Positions 44,056 to 53,578 of a stretch of DNA of 64,000 bases are shown piece after piece. Numbering within the stretch: the stretch's first letter is position 1; each line of letters starts with the position of its first letter. Under the pieces are notes generated by a model, which saw nothing but the letters and a program-made list of their open reading frames with translations, did no database searches and was not told the DNA's origin. This DNA is from a virus (lineage: Duplodnaviria; Caudoviricetes). The position numbers and the translations under genes were made by a program. The stretch is taken from IMG/VR virus record IMGVR_UViG_3300010348_002226, positions 5,484 through 69,483 of that record, one strand, 5' to 3'.

Positions 44056-44357
44056 CCGACGAAGCCGCCGCACGAGACGCGGCCCTCGACCAGCTCGAAG
44101 CCACCCGCCGCAACCTCATCCAGATCGCGCGCAACGTCGCAGCCGAGCTGTGCGACCGCCACGGCCAGGTAACCGCCCCCGACGTGAAGCGCGCCATGCT
44201 CGACCGCGGGCTCCTCGACGACGACGAGCGCCAGCTCGACCCGCGATGGATGGGCGCCGTGTTCCGCGCCGGCCAGGGGTGGGAGCGCATCGGGTGGACC
44301 CCCGAAGGCTCGCACTGCCGACCCGTCGCGATCTGGCGCACGAAGGAGACGCCATGA
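44052..44357 (+). CDS. Small phage protein
   Basis: SD GAAGGA; PRWMGAVF motif. Confidence 0.7.
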   Translation: MTDEAAARDAALDQLEATRRNLIQIARNVAAELCDRHGQVTAPDVKRAMLDRGLLDDDERQLDPRWMGAVFRAGQGWERIGWTPEGSHCRPVAIWRTKETP

Positions 44358-44644
44358 CCACCGAGGAGATCCCACCCGCCATCGCCGAGCGCATCGACCG
44401 CGCCAAGAAGCGCAGCGACGAGCTACGCGACGCGCACCGTTCCGCCCTCCGCCGCGTGCACACGATGGTACAGGACGCCCTGCTCGATGACACGTCCCTC
44501 GATCCCGCGTTCTACAGCGCGTGCGTCGAAGTGCGCGAGACGCAGATCCGTCTGCAGGGGCAGGTCGCGATGCTCGCGGCGCTCGCCGGCATCGGGCACG
44601 ACCTCCAGATCGATGCGGACAACCGCGAAGAGGAGAAGCCATGA
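44354..44644 (+). CDS. Small coiled-coil protein
   Basis: SD AAGGAG; ATGA overlap. Confidence 0.65.
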   Translation: MTTEEIPPAIAERIDRAKKRSDELRDAHRSALRRVHTMVQDALLDDTSLDPAFYSACVEVRETQIRLQGQVAMLAALAGIGHDLQIDADNREEEKP

Positions 44645-44991
44645 GGGGGCGCCCCCACTTCTGGAAGTGCACATTCTGCGCGCGTCACCGGAAGGACTGC
44701 ACGATCCGCGGCGCGCGGTCCCCGATGGGGACGAAGACGACCACCGGAAGGTGGCGTCCGTTCTCCTCGCGCAACATGCGCGAAGGCGCCGCCGTCGAAT
44801 ACCGGTGCAGCGATTGCGGTACCTCGGGCTGGTCGTCGCACGCCGATGCGATCGAGACCTTCGTGACGGAGCACCCCGACAAGGCGGCGGACCCCGCCTT
44901 CCTCGGGCGCACGAACGTGAAGTACCACGAGGACACATGCGTACGGCGCTTCCTCGCCGAGCACGCCCCTCGTCCGCCCGTCAGTACGTAA
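44641..44991 (+). CDS. Zn-finger protein
   Basis: CTFC, CSDC. Confidence 0.65.
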   Translation: MRGRPHFWKCTFCARHRKDCTIRGARSPMGTKTTTGRWRPFSSRNMREGAAVEYRCSDCGTSGWSSHADAIETFVTEHPDKAADPAFLGRTNVKYHEDTCVRRFLAEHAPRPPVST

Positions 44992-45217
44992 CCGAGAGCC
45001 CGGGGGAAGCATCCGCTTCCCTCGGGCTTTCGTCGTTCCGTCGTGCCGCGTGGACCGCGTTCGCGACGCAAAGCCCGGTCACGAAGATCGCGACGAAGGC
45101 CCGGCGAATGTCCCGGTCGACCTCTTCCGTGGTGCGCGCCGGGCAGGTCAGGAAGTAGATCCAGGCGGCAGCCGAGAACGTGGCGAGGAAGAACCAGGTC
45201 GAGGCGAGCGCGAGCAT
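44981..45217 (-). CDS. Small two-TM protein
   Basis: Start MLALASTWFF; two hydrophobic helices. Confidence 0.55.
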   Translation of the reverse strand: MLALASTWFFLATFSAAAWIYFLTCPARTTEEVDRDIRRAFVAIFVTGLCVANAVHAARRNDESPREADASPGLSVTY

Positions 45218-45363
45218 CGGAGGTAGGCCCCTCAAAAGGCCGAAGGCGGAGGCCTTACGGCCGCCGCCCCCGGGGGTGCAACGTAGGAGGAGAGACTGTC
45301 GACGATCCACGACAAGGCCACGAAGGCCAGCAAACCCAATCCTACGGGGGCCGCAGGCCCCCG

Positions 45364-46527
45364 TCAACGGGCGTCGCGCGGGTGCCAGGCCACCGCGACG
45401 ACCGCGAGCGCCGTTGCCGCGAGCGAGGCGCCCACGAGCGCGTAGGCCGTCGTCGGAGGCGGGCCCAGGACCTCCGGGTCGATCTCCGGGATGATGAGGT
45501 TCGCCCGGCCGCCCGCGGGGTTCTCCGAGTCGTTCCCCGCCGACGCCACGACCTCGGTCGCGACCCGGTCCGGCGTCACCGGTAGGGCGGGCGAGCCCTG
45601 GTCGACCGTGCCGGGCACGTGCGGCTGCGTGGCCGTCGACCCGGTCGCGAGCGTCGTCACGATGCGCTCGAAGGCCGCCGGGTCGTAGGCCGGCTCCACC
45701 GCGAGCCCTAGGCCGGCTATGGCGCCGCCGGCCCGGCGTGCGGCCGAGGCGAGCCGGCCCCGAGCCCGGGAGAGGTCCGTGGGGCTGCTCAGGACCGGCG
45801 CGAAGGCGAAGCCCGCAGCCGCGGGTAGCTGCGCCGGCTGGTAGCGCGGGTTCGGCGTCCCGACGCGCGCCCGCGTCCGGTCGATCGTGATCGTGCCCCG
45901 CCGCAGCGCCCCCGTCCCGTCGGCGATCGTGATGCCCCGGGAGGCGAAGAACGCGGCCGGGTCCATCGTCGTGCCGAACGCCGAGACGGTTGTCGACGGG
46001 CGGTAGAAGTCGTCGCCCGAGACGCCGTAGAGCGTGTTGTTGTTGCCGGGCAGGAAGTCCGGCGCCTGGTTCTGGTAGGTGCTGCGCTTGAGGTTCCGGA
46101 TCTCGAAGTGCAGGTGCGCGCCCATCGTCGGGAACTCGCCGTTGCGGGTCGCCCCGATCCGCGCAATCTGCTGCCCGCACGTGACGCGGTCGCCGACCTT
46201 CACGTCGAAGTCCTGCAGGTGCGCGTAGAAGGAGCACCACGGCGTGCCACGCGGGCCGTTACCGAGCGACGGATGTTCGACGAGCACGCAGTTGCCGTAG
46301 CCCGAGGTCGCGTTCATGCGGCTCCCCGGCCAGACCTCGTTCCAGGTGTAGCGCACGATGCCGTCGGCGATCGCGTAGACCGGCTTGCCCGTGGGTGCGG
46401 CGTCGCGACCGCAGAAGTCGAGGCCGGCGTGGAAGAGGCGACGACTGCCGCGCTGGCGCATGCCGTAGAAGGAGCCGACGACCATCGTGTCGATGTCCGT
46501 CGGCGGGCAGATGTTCAGGGTGCTCAT
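45364..46527 (-). CDS. Tail-anchored M23 metallopeptidase
   Basis: HAGLD, FYAHL, HLHFE; C-terminal TM. Confidence 0.9.
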   Translation of the reverse strand: MSTLNICPPTDIDTMVVGSFYGMRQRGSRRLFHAGLDFCGRDAAPTGKPVYAIADGIVRYTWNEVWPGSRMNATSGYGNCVLVEHPSLGNGPRGTPWCSFYAHLQDFDVKVGDRVTCGQQIARIGATRNGEFPTMGAHLHFEIRNLKRSTYQNQAPDFLPGNNNTLYGVSGDDFYRPSTTVSAFGTTMDPAAFFASRGITIADGTGALRRGTITIDRTRARVGTPNPRYQPAQLPAAAGFAFAPVLSSPTDLSRARGRLASAARRAGGAIAGLGLAVEPAYDPAAFERIVTTLATGSTATQPHVPGTVDQGSPALPVTPDRVATEVVASAGNDSENPAGGRANLIIPEIDPEVLGPPPTTAYALVGASLAATALAVVAVAWHPRDAR

Positions 46528-47405
46528 GTCCGTGGCTTTCCGAGCGTGGGTGGAGGGTTCGTGTTCCAGAGGTCGATCGCGTCTTCACGCAGAGGGACGG
46601 CGTGCCCGGGGTCGGAGATCACCAGCTCCGGCTCGCGCCACCCCGGGCGCCGTGGGTCGAAGCGACGGTAGCCGAGGTTCGCACCGCGGACGTCAGCGAA
46701 GAGCCAGCCCTGCTCATAGTAGGCGCGGAGCGCGTCGAGGAAGAGCGGCGTCGCCGGCAACGATCGAAGTTCCTGGTCGAGGTAGACGAGCAGCTTCGCC
46801 ACACCGAGCGCGCGCTCCTCGAAGGTCATGTTGACGAAGAACTGCACGAACGGTGGTGCGTAGCGCCCGTGCCCGGGACTGCGCCGGAGCTTCGCGCGCG
46901 CGACGTCTTCCAGCTCCGCCGCGCGAGCAAGCAACGGGAACCACGCCGCGGGGCGTCCCGCATGCATGTAGACGTTGAAGAGTTGCTGCGTCGCGTCCGT
47001 GATGTGCCGGAGCAGATCGTCGAGCGGCTTCGTCAGCTCGCCGGGGTACGGTGCGATGGCCTCGCGCCAGATCGCGAAAACGACCCCATCACGGTCTTCG
47101 CGCCGTCGCCCCACCACCCAGCGAATCGCGTGGTAGCGCACGAGCCCGCGCGTGATGTCCTGGTTGCCGTGGAGCACGTTCGTGACGAACAGCGCTTCCG
47201 TGTGGTCCGTCGTGAGCTTCAGGACGACGTCGCTGTCGTGCGTCGGGAGCACGCAGCCGTAGTGGCCGCATCCGTACTCTTCGTACTCTCGGTCGAGGAA
47301 GTTCCACTTCGGTCGGTACCTGGGCGCGACGTTCGTCTCGATCTCGTCGACGATGTGCGGCAGAAGCTCTTCGACCCAGGGGGTTGCGGCGAGACCACGC
47401 GCCAT
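46524..47405 (-). CDS. Kinase-like protein
   Basis: GCGHYG, VVLK, ADVRGAN, ISDPG. Confidence 0.75.
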   Translation of the reverse strand: MARGLAATPWVEELLPHIVDEIETNVAPRYRPKWNFLDREYEEYGCGHYGCVLPTHDSDVVLKLTTDHTEALFVTNVLHGNQDITRGLVRYHAIRWVVGRRREDRDGVVFAIWREAIAPYPGELTKPLDDLLRHITDATQQLFNVYMHAGRPAAWFPLLARAAELEDVARAKLRRSPGHGRYAPPFVQFFVNMTFEERALGVAKLLVYLDQELRSLPATPLFLDALRAYYEQGWLFADVRGANLGYRRFDPRRPGWREPELVISDPGHAVPLREDAIDLWNTNPPPTLGKPRT

Positions 47406-47407
47406 CG

Positions 47408-48946
47408 TCACAGCTCCTTGATCTCGACCCGCAAGAGGTCGGGTCGAAGCGGGACGGCGTGGCCCGGGTCCGTGATGATCCAGGCGTTCCAGCCGTCGTC
47501 GTCGAGCGGCTTGCCGATGTTGTTCCGGTGCACGTCGGCGAGCACGAAGCCTCGCTCGAAGTACGTGTGGAGGGCGTCGCCGACTCGGTAGAGGCCGTCT
47601 TCCTGGGAGAGCTGTTCCGAGTAGATTCGGAAGCCGGTGAGCGCGAGGGCGAGACGAAGCGGCCCGCGCGCAAGCTCCAGCCGCCCGTCGTACACGCCCA
47701 TGCTGTCGTAGTTCGCACGCACAGCCTGGTCCTCGTAGTCGGCCGCTTCCGCGAGCGCGGCGAACCACTCCTCCGGCGACTTGGCGCGCTGGTAGCGTGC
47801 CCGCAGCGCGCGTCCTGCGGCTTCGATGGTCCACAGCCGACGAACGCCATCCGACAACGCATCGTCCTTCGGATCTACGGTGAACGACGACGTGTGCGCG
47901 TGCCGTCGCAGTCGTCCGATCTCGTGCGCCTCGGAGCGCCAGATCGCGTAGACGGGGCGCCCGCGCCGCTCTTCCGCGGGCAGCGTCCGGACGTCGAAGT
48001 AGCGGACGAGCCCCTCCGTTTCGTCCTGCTGCCCACGGAGCACGTGCGCGACGAACCAGGCCTCGGACGGATCGGACGTGACCTTCAGGACGACTCCGGG
48101 CGTCCGGGTCGGCATGACGCAGCCGTAGTGTCCGCAGCCGTACTCCTCGAAGGACTTGCGGCCCCGGGGCGCGTTCAAGATCGGGACGGGCGCCCACTCG
48201 GGCGAGACCTCGCTCTCGATGCGGTCGAGCACCTTCGCGAGCGCCTTGTCGACCCAGGGCGTCTTGCCGAGACCGGAGGTTTGCATGGTCTGTCCTTTCG
48301 TGAGGCCAAGGTCGCTCTCAAAGTCGCGGCGAACGTCGAATGTGCGCCCCGTGCGCGCTTCCAGCGTGGCAAGTAGCGCGAGCCCATCCGCGAGCGTGAG
48401 CGCCGCGTTGTCCTCCACTGCGAGCTGTCGAATCGTCATGGCGAGGTCGAAGGCTTCCTCGCCCGTGAACGGTGCGGAGGAGCCAAGGCGCGCAACCACG
48501 GCGCGCACACCGCGAGCGCGTACCGGGAACGCGAAACCCAAGTCGAGCAACACGACCCTGCCGTCTGGCGTCTGCCGCACATCTTCCGTCTTCGCTTCGA
48601 TGCCGCGGTAGTCGAGACGGTCTGCTTCCGCGCGAACGCGCTCAAAGACGTGCCGCACCGAATCGCCTGCGAGCCAGCCAACACGCTCCCCGGTGATTGC
48701 CTCGCGCACGAGCACATCCTGCATCGCGTCATAGCGGATGAAGCGCGGCACGTGGGCTGCAACGGCGGTGCCGCCGAGCAGTCGCAGCAACTCAGCCTCC
48801 TCCGCTAACGTGTGTGGCGGTGCGTGCTTGCCGACCTTGAACGCAAGGCCGCGTGCGTCGCGAAACACGGCCCCCTCGGCGCCTTCACCGAGCAAAGTCA
48901 ACGGAGGCGTGGCCCCCGCGCGTACCGCACGCGCCTCCAGGCTCAT
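47408..48946 (-). CDS. Tandem double kinase-like protein; possible internal start at 48286
   Basis: GEGAEG/FKV/LDLG, then GCGHYG/VLK/ADVHRNN/TDPG. Confidence 0.75.
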   Translation of the reverse strand: MSLEARAVRAGATPPLTLLGEGAEGAVFRDARGLAFKVGKHAPPHTLAEEAELLRLLGGTAVAAHVPRFIRYDAMQDVLVREAITGERVGWLAGDSVRHVFERVRAEADRLDYRGIEAKTEDVRQTPDGRVVLLDLGFAFPVRARGVRAVVARLGSSAPFTGEEAFDLAMTIRQLAVEDNAALTLADGLALLATLEARTGRTFDVRRDFESDLGLTKGQTMQTSGLGKTPWVDKALAKVLDRIESEVSPEWAPVPILNAPRGRKSFEEYGCGHYGCVMPTRTPGVVLKVTSDPSEAWFVAHVLRGQQDETEGLVRYFDVRTLPAEERRGRPVYAIWRSEAHEIGRLRRHAHTSSFTVDPKDDALSDGVRRLWTIEAAGRALRARYQRAKSPEEWFAALAEAADYEDQAVRANYDSMGVYDGRLELARGPLRLALALTGFRIYSEQLSQEDGLYRVGDALHTYFERGFVLADVHRNNIGKPLDDDGWNAWIITDPGHAVPLRPDLLRVEIKEL

Positions 48947-49158
48947 GCGGACCTCTCGACCGACTCGGCGACGCGCGTGGCGGCGAGCACGCCGCCGGCC
49001 ACGATGCCGATGAGGGTGAGCAGGTTCGCCGTGCGTTCGTCGCCCCGCATCCGGAGCGTGAGCACCAGCACCCCGCCGACGGTGCCGAGCGCGATGAGGC
49101 CGAGCTGCAGGTTCGCCTGCTGCTCGCGATGAGGGTCGTAGCCGAGGGTCGTGTCCAT
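48943..49158 (-). CDS. Small two-TM protein
   Basis: SD AGGAG; hydrophobic. Confidence 0.65.
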   Translation of the reverse strand: MDTTLGYDPHREQQANLQLGLIALGTVGGVLVLTLRMRGDERTANLLTLIGIVAGGVLAATRVAESVERSA

Positions 49159-49214
49159 GGTCTCTCCTACGGGTAGGATGCCGAGCCACGCCCCTCGGGG
49201 CAACGGTCCCGGCG

Positions 49215-49559
49215 TCAGGCGGTCGGGGGATCGGCCAGATGGCCCCAGTCGTTGACGATCACGCGCATCGCGAGCAGCACGGCCGCGACGTCGACCCCCT
49301 GCTCCATGGCCATCGCCGAGACGAGCCCGAGCCGGCGGAAGGTGTCGCCCTCGATGAGGGCCTCCTCGATGGCCGCCTGTGCCGCAGCGACCTCGGCCGC
49401 CGGGCGCGCGGGCTTTCCGGCGGGCTTCGCGCTCGCCTTCGGGGCGGCCCGGGGAACGGGCGGCACCGCCGTCGACGCGGACTCGATCGGTCCGATGTCG
49501 CCGACGACGGGCTCGTCGATCTGGGTCTTGGGCTTGAGGGTGGAGGTACGGATCGTCAT
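49215..49559 (-). CDS. Hypothetical protein
   Basis: SD AGGAG. Confidence 0.65.
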   Translation of the reverse strand: MTIRTSTLKPKTQIDEPVVGDIGPIESASTAVPPVPRAAPKASAKPAGKPARPAAEVAAAQAAIEEALIEGDTFRRLGLVSAMAMEQGVDVAAVLLAMRVIVNDWGHLADPPTA

Positions 49560-49629
49560 GTCTTGTCTCCTGCGTTGAAACAGGCGACCAGGGTACCGCG
49601 TGCTTGCGTCTTTCGCACCTACTGATTGC

Positions 49630-49935
49630 TCAGAGGCCGAACGACTGGATGGCTGCGGCGTCGCGGGCGGCGAGGATGCCGACCGACGGCGAGGGCGCCA
49701 GTTCGTTCGTGCGCTCGCCCTGCACGAGCACCATCGGCCCGTTGCCGTTGCCGAGGTCTTCGACCGCGCGCACGTTTCAGCCCCACCACCGGTAGTAGGG
49801 CGTGAGCCCCGTCGTCGGGGCGCCGATGAACGAGCCCGTCTCCGACTCGCGGAAGTCCGTGCCGAACGTGAGCAGGTTGATGAACGTCGGCTTGTAGCGA
49901 CGGCCCTGGATGCTGGCGGTGGGGTAGAGGATCAC
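49630..49935 (-). CDS. 102-codon frame with an in-frame TGA at 49777-49779 (readthrough, split gene or nonsense allele)
   Basis: SD AAGGAG plus GTG; coding-like codons on both sides of the TGA. Confidence 0.55.
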
Positions 49936-49951
49936 GGAAAGCTCCTTGGGG

Positions 49952-51235
49952 TCAAGTCACTGCATCCGACGTGATGATGTTCGAGGTGCCAGGCCAGCAA
50001 TAGCGGCCGTTGCCGTACACCGCGCCCCGCGTCGGAGACGCCGTGCCGACGTTGACGCCCGTGGGTGCGCTTCGCGACGACCAGTTGATCCCATCCGGAG
50101 ATGCCCAGATGCCCGAACCGGACCCTATCGGGCCGATGATGAAGGCACCGTCGCCGAATCCGATCGTGATCACGTTGCCCGCACCGATGTTGTAGACCGT
50201 GTTCGGAGCAGCCCACATAATGCCGTCGGCCGACGTCACGACCGTGCCGAGGGCGCCAACGGCAACGCATCGACCTGTTGCCGGGTTGGCTGCGACACCG
50301 TAGAGCACCGACGCCGTGCCCGACGTACGCGCGGTCCACGTGATGCCGTCCGGCGACGTCGAAATCTTGCCCGCGCTGCCAACGGCGACGAACAGCGTTC
50401 CGTTCCAAGCGACCTGGTAGATGATGTCCGTACCGAAACCGCTGGTGCGCGAGGTCCAGCTCGTACCGTTGGTGGACGAGAGAAGGAATCCGGATGTTCC
50501 CGCCGCAACGACGGTTGTTCCAGCCGCGTTGGTGGCGACCCCGTTCAGTGCAGGCGGATTCGCTGCCGTGTAGCGTTGCGTCCACGTGATGCCATCCGGG
50601 CTCGTCCGGATCTCGGCGTTGGAGCCGCCCGAGTCGTTGCCGCAAGCAACGAAGAGCCCGAGTCCTGCGGCCCAGCAGACGCCCACCAGGTTGTAGACCG
50701 TTCCGGAGGTTCGCGGAGTCCAGGTGATGCCGTCCGGAGACGTGACGATCACCCCAGCAGAACCGACCGCGCAGAAGATCGAGCCGTTCCACGCGATGTC
50801 GCGGTACGTTCCCGTCACGGGCACCGGCGAGATTCCTGCGAGGCGAAGGTTCGGCTTCACCATGGTGCCAGTCGGCGCCGCCGTCACCGTCGACCCGACA
50901 ATCGCGGTGCCCGAGCGCACGAGCGCCTGTCCGTCTGCGATCGCGCCGAACGCCAGCAACGTCGGGCCCGCAGTCTCGCGGATACCGCGTACGTCGGGCG
51001 ACGCGGCCGTACCGCCGAGCTGCCCAGCAAGCTGAACGCAGGGCGCCCACACCGCCGCCCCCGCCGTCGCAGTCGTGCAGACGTAGAGCGCGTTCACCGT
51101 GCCGGCCACGTAACACTCATCGCCAACCTGCAGAGCGCTCGACTGCGTGGGCGAACCAGCGACGTTCGGTAGATCCGCGGTCGCCAAAACCGTGGGCCAC
51201 CTGGGGACGTTCTCGATCTTCTGCCGAAGTGCCAT
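49952..51235 (-). CDS. Spike/receptor-binding protein: shared N-terminal adaptor plus beta-propeller repeats
   Basis: PRWP adaptor; repeated TSPDGITWT. Confidence 0.8.
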   Translation of the reverse strand: MALRQKIENVPRWPTVLATADLPNVAGSPTQSSALQVGDECYVAGTVNALYVCTTATAGAAVWAPCVQLAGQLGGTAASPDVRGIRETAGPTLLAFGAIADGQALVRSGTAIVGSTVTAAPTGTMVKPNLRLAGISPVPVTGTYRDIAWNGSIFCAVGSAGVIVTSPDGITWTPRTSGTVYNLVGVCWAAGLGLFVACGNDSGGSNAEIRTSPDGITWTQRYTAANPPALNGVATNAAGTTVVAAGTSGFLLSSTNGTSWTSRTSGFGTDIIYQVAWNGTLFVAVGSAGKISTSPDGITWTARTSGTASVLYGVAANPATGRCVAVGALGTVVTSADGIMWAAPNTVYNIGAGNVITIGFGDGAFIIGPIGSGSGIWASPDGINWSSRSAPTGVNVGTASPTRGAVYGNGRYCWPGTSNIITSDAVT

Positions 51236-51255
51236 GGAAACCTCCCTATCACGCG

Positions 51256-52143
51256 CTACGGCGCCATGCCCGGAGCGAGGACCACACGCGCTCGGTCGAG
51301 GATCTCCGCCGCTGTGAGTGGCGCTGTGTGGAACGCGAGCGCCGACAGCGCGTTGGGTGTTTGGAGCGCAGCGTTTCCAGCGATCGAGTTGAGCACGGCG
51401 AGCGTGTTGCCGGAGTAGCCGGACGGCTGCCCCAGCGACGTCTGCGTCGTCCGAAAAGCACCGTCGACGTACCAGTCGACGGTCGTACTGCCACCCGCCA
51501 CCGTGCGATTGATGACCACGTGGTGGAAGTCGTCCAGCGGCAGCCGCCAGCCAAGGTAGAACTCCACTTCGCCGGGTCCGCCGTCCACGAGCACCGAGAC
51601 GAAGTAGAGCCCGGCGCTATTCGTGCGCAAGCTGTAGTTCGGATCGGTGTAGAACGCCGTCGTGTTCCCCGCGATCTGCGCCCATGTCGTGATGTCGGAG
51701 ATTCGCACGACGACTTCGAGCGCCATCGATCCGGACGCCCCGGACGGCCCGAACACGGCATCCGTAGCGGAGAGAATCGTGAGGTTGTCGCTGAGGATGG
51801 CGCGCCGATCGCGCGGACCGATTTCGTAGGACGGGCTTCCGGAGACCGCGAGGTTGCGACCGTTGCCCGACACGTCCACGGTGCTGTTGTCGAAGTGGTA
51901 GAGCGCCGCAACCGTGGGCGCATTCGGCAGAAGCCCGTAGCCGCCACCCACTGGCGTCCACGCTGCGGCCCCCAGCGCAGCGTCCGTGCACAAGTAGAGC
52001 CCGGACCTAGACGTAACGTAGCAGGTGTCCCCGTGCTCCAACGAGGACGACTGCGTCAGCGCACCGGAGACGTTCGGTAGGTCGGCTGTCGTTGCCACCG
52101 ACGGCCACCGTGGAACGTTCTCGATGCGCTGACGAAGAGTCAT
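51256..52143 (-). CDS. Spike protein: shared adaptor plus LamG/ConA-like domain
   Basis: PRWP adaptor; ALYHFD...DVSGNG, WHH-like FHHVV. Confidence 0.75.
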   Translation of the reverse strand: MTLRQRIENVPRWPSVATTADLPNVSGALTQSSSLEHGDTCYVTSRSGLYLCTDAALGAAAWTPVGGGYGLLPNAPTVAALYHFDNSTVDVSGNGRNLAVSGSPSYEIGPRDRRAILSDNLTILSATDAVFGPSGASGSMALEVVVRISDITTWAQIAGNTTAFYTDPNYSLRTNSAGLYFVSVLVDGGPGEVEFYLGWRLPLDDFHHVVINRTVAGGSTTVDWYVDGAFRTTQTSLGQPSGYSGNTLAVLNSIAGNAALQTPNALSALAFHTAPLTAAEILDRARVVLAPGMAP

Positions 52144-52155
52144 CCTCGGGGTCGA

Positions 52156-53013
52156 TCAGGTGAGCACGGCGGGGACGCCCTGGTAGAGCGTGCCGCCAGG
52201 GCGAAGGATGAGCGGACGGCTGTTGCCCGACTGGTCGGAGAGGTCGGCGGCGCCGCTCGTCCAAACGAGCGGCCAGTCGCCCCATGCCGTAGGATCCGCA
52301 GCGATGTCGTTCGACAACGCGAGGATGGTGGCGTCGGAGGGCTGCCCCGTCACCTGCTTCATCCGCGCGGCCGTGTTGTAGCCGGCGCCGGGAGCGACGG
52401 CGAAGTCGGTTGCATTGAGGTCCGGCGTGAACGCCGCAGCGTGCGGCGCGCTCCATCCAGCCGCTTCGCACGCCGAGCGAAACGCGGCGAGCGTCACCGT
52501 CGACACGTACGGACCGTAGAAGCTACCGTCGGCGAACTTGGTCCAGAGCGTGACCGTGATCTCGCTTCCGGTGTTCTCGACGTACCACGCCGTGAAGTTG
52601 AAGCCCTGCATCTGCGGAACCGAGAGCCCGCCCTGCCCCATGTACGAGTAGTCGCCGAGGTAGCTGTCGTTCGGCTCGCTCACCGCCGCACCGTTGGCGA
52701 AGATCATGGAATTGGCGTTGAAGTAGCACGCGGTCGAGTCCGCACTCGGAACCGTCATGTTCCCGGTGATGCAGCGCACGTACCAGTTGCCGAAGTAGAG
52801 CTGGTAGATTTCCTGGTTGCCGCGCGTGAAGGGGAACGTTTGATCCGCAATCGTCTCCGGAATGCGCGACCACACCGTGAAGAGCGTGCCGCCCGTCGGC
52901 GCATCCGGACGCCCCACGTAGTCGTTGCCGTACGCGGTGCGCCCGAACTCGATCGAATCCGCAGGCACGCCGCCACCACGCGTTGCGATCGACGCCGCAG
53001 GGTAGAGGATCAC
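52156..53013 (-). CDS. Beta-rich spike-associated protein
   Basis: GTGA overlap; C-terminal DLSDQSGNSRPL. Confidence 0.7.
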   Translation of the reverse strand: MILYPAASIATRGGGVPADSIEFGRTAYGNDYVGRPDAPTGGTLFTVWSRIPETIADQTFPFTRGNQEIYQLYFGNWYVRCITGNMTVPSADSTACYFNANSMIFANGAAVSEPNDSYLGDYSYMGQGGLSVPQMQGFNFTAWYVENTGSEITVTLWTKFADGSFYGPYVSTVTLAAFRSACEAAGWSAPHAAAFTPDLNATDFAVAPGAGYNTAARMKQVTGQPSDATILALSNDIAADPTAWGDWPLVWTSGAADLSDQSGNSRPLILRPGGTLYQGVPAVLT

Positions 53014-53519
53014 GCGAGCCTCCACGTGTTCGCCGCAGTCACACGAAGCTGCCACGCACGGTCCGCTGTCGTCGGCGGGGCCGCATCAGAGCCCGGCAGG
53101 AGCAGCGACGCCGCGCCCTGGATCGTGCCGCCACCCGGCGCGGAGAGCGTCAGCCCGTCGGCGTTGGCTGACGCGAGCACGACCTCCAGCACGAAGCCGA
53201 TCGGCATGTTCGCCGGAAGCGTCGGTGTGATGGCGCCGGCCGCGGCGGTGTACTCCTGCAACGTCACACCCGTCGCGATCGTGCCGGGCGTGTTCGAGCT
53301 GCTCGACGCGCGGTTCGCGACGCTGCCGAGCGGCGCCCAGACGGCGGCGCCCGGCGTCCGCGTCGTGCAGACGAAGTACCCCATGCCGGTCACGACACAG
53401 AGGTCGTTGACACGAACGCCGTCCGACTGGACGAGCGCGCCTGCCACGTTGGGAAGCTGTGCGACCGATGCAACATCGGGCCAGCGGGGGACGAGAACCG
53501 GGGAGACGCCGAACGACAT
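53010..53519 (-). CDS. Short adaptor-family spike protein
   Basis: PRWP adaptor. Confidence 0.75.
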   Translation of the reverse strand: MSFGVSPVLVPRWPDVASVAQLPNVAGALVQSDGVRVNDLCVVTGMGYFVCTTRTPGAAVWAPLGSVANRASSSSNTPGTIATGVTLQEYTAAAGAITPTLPANMPIGFVLEVVLASANADGLTLSAPGGGTIQGAASLLLPGSDAAPPTTADRAWQLRVTAANTWRLA

Positions 53520-53578
53520 GGGAGACCTCTAGCGATGAGGGGTGCGCCGGTTTCGCCGCCGGCGCTGCGGCTACGTGT

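Noticed and set aside
49952-53519. Diversity-generating retroelement acting on the spike genes
   Set aside because: No reverse transcriptase and no template/variable repeat pair differing at adenines was seen.
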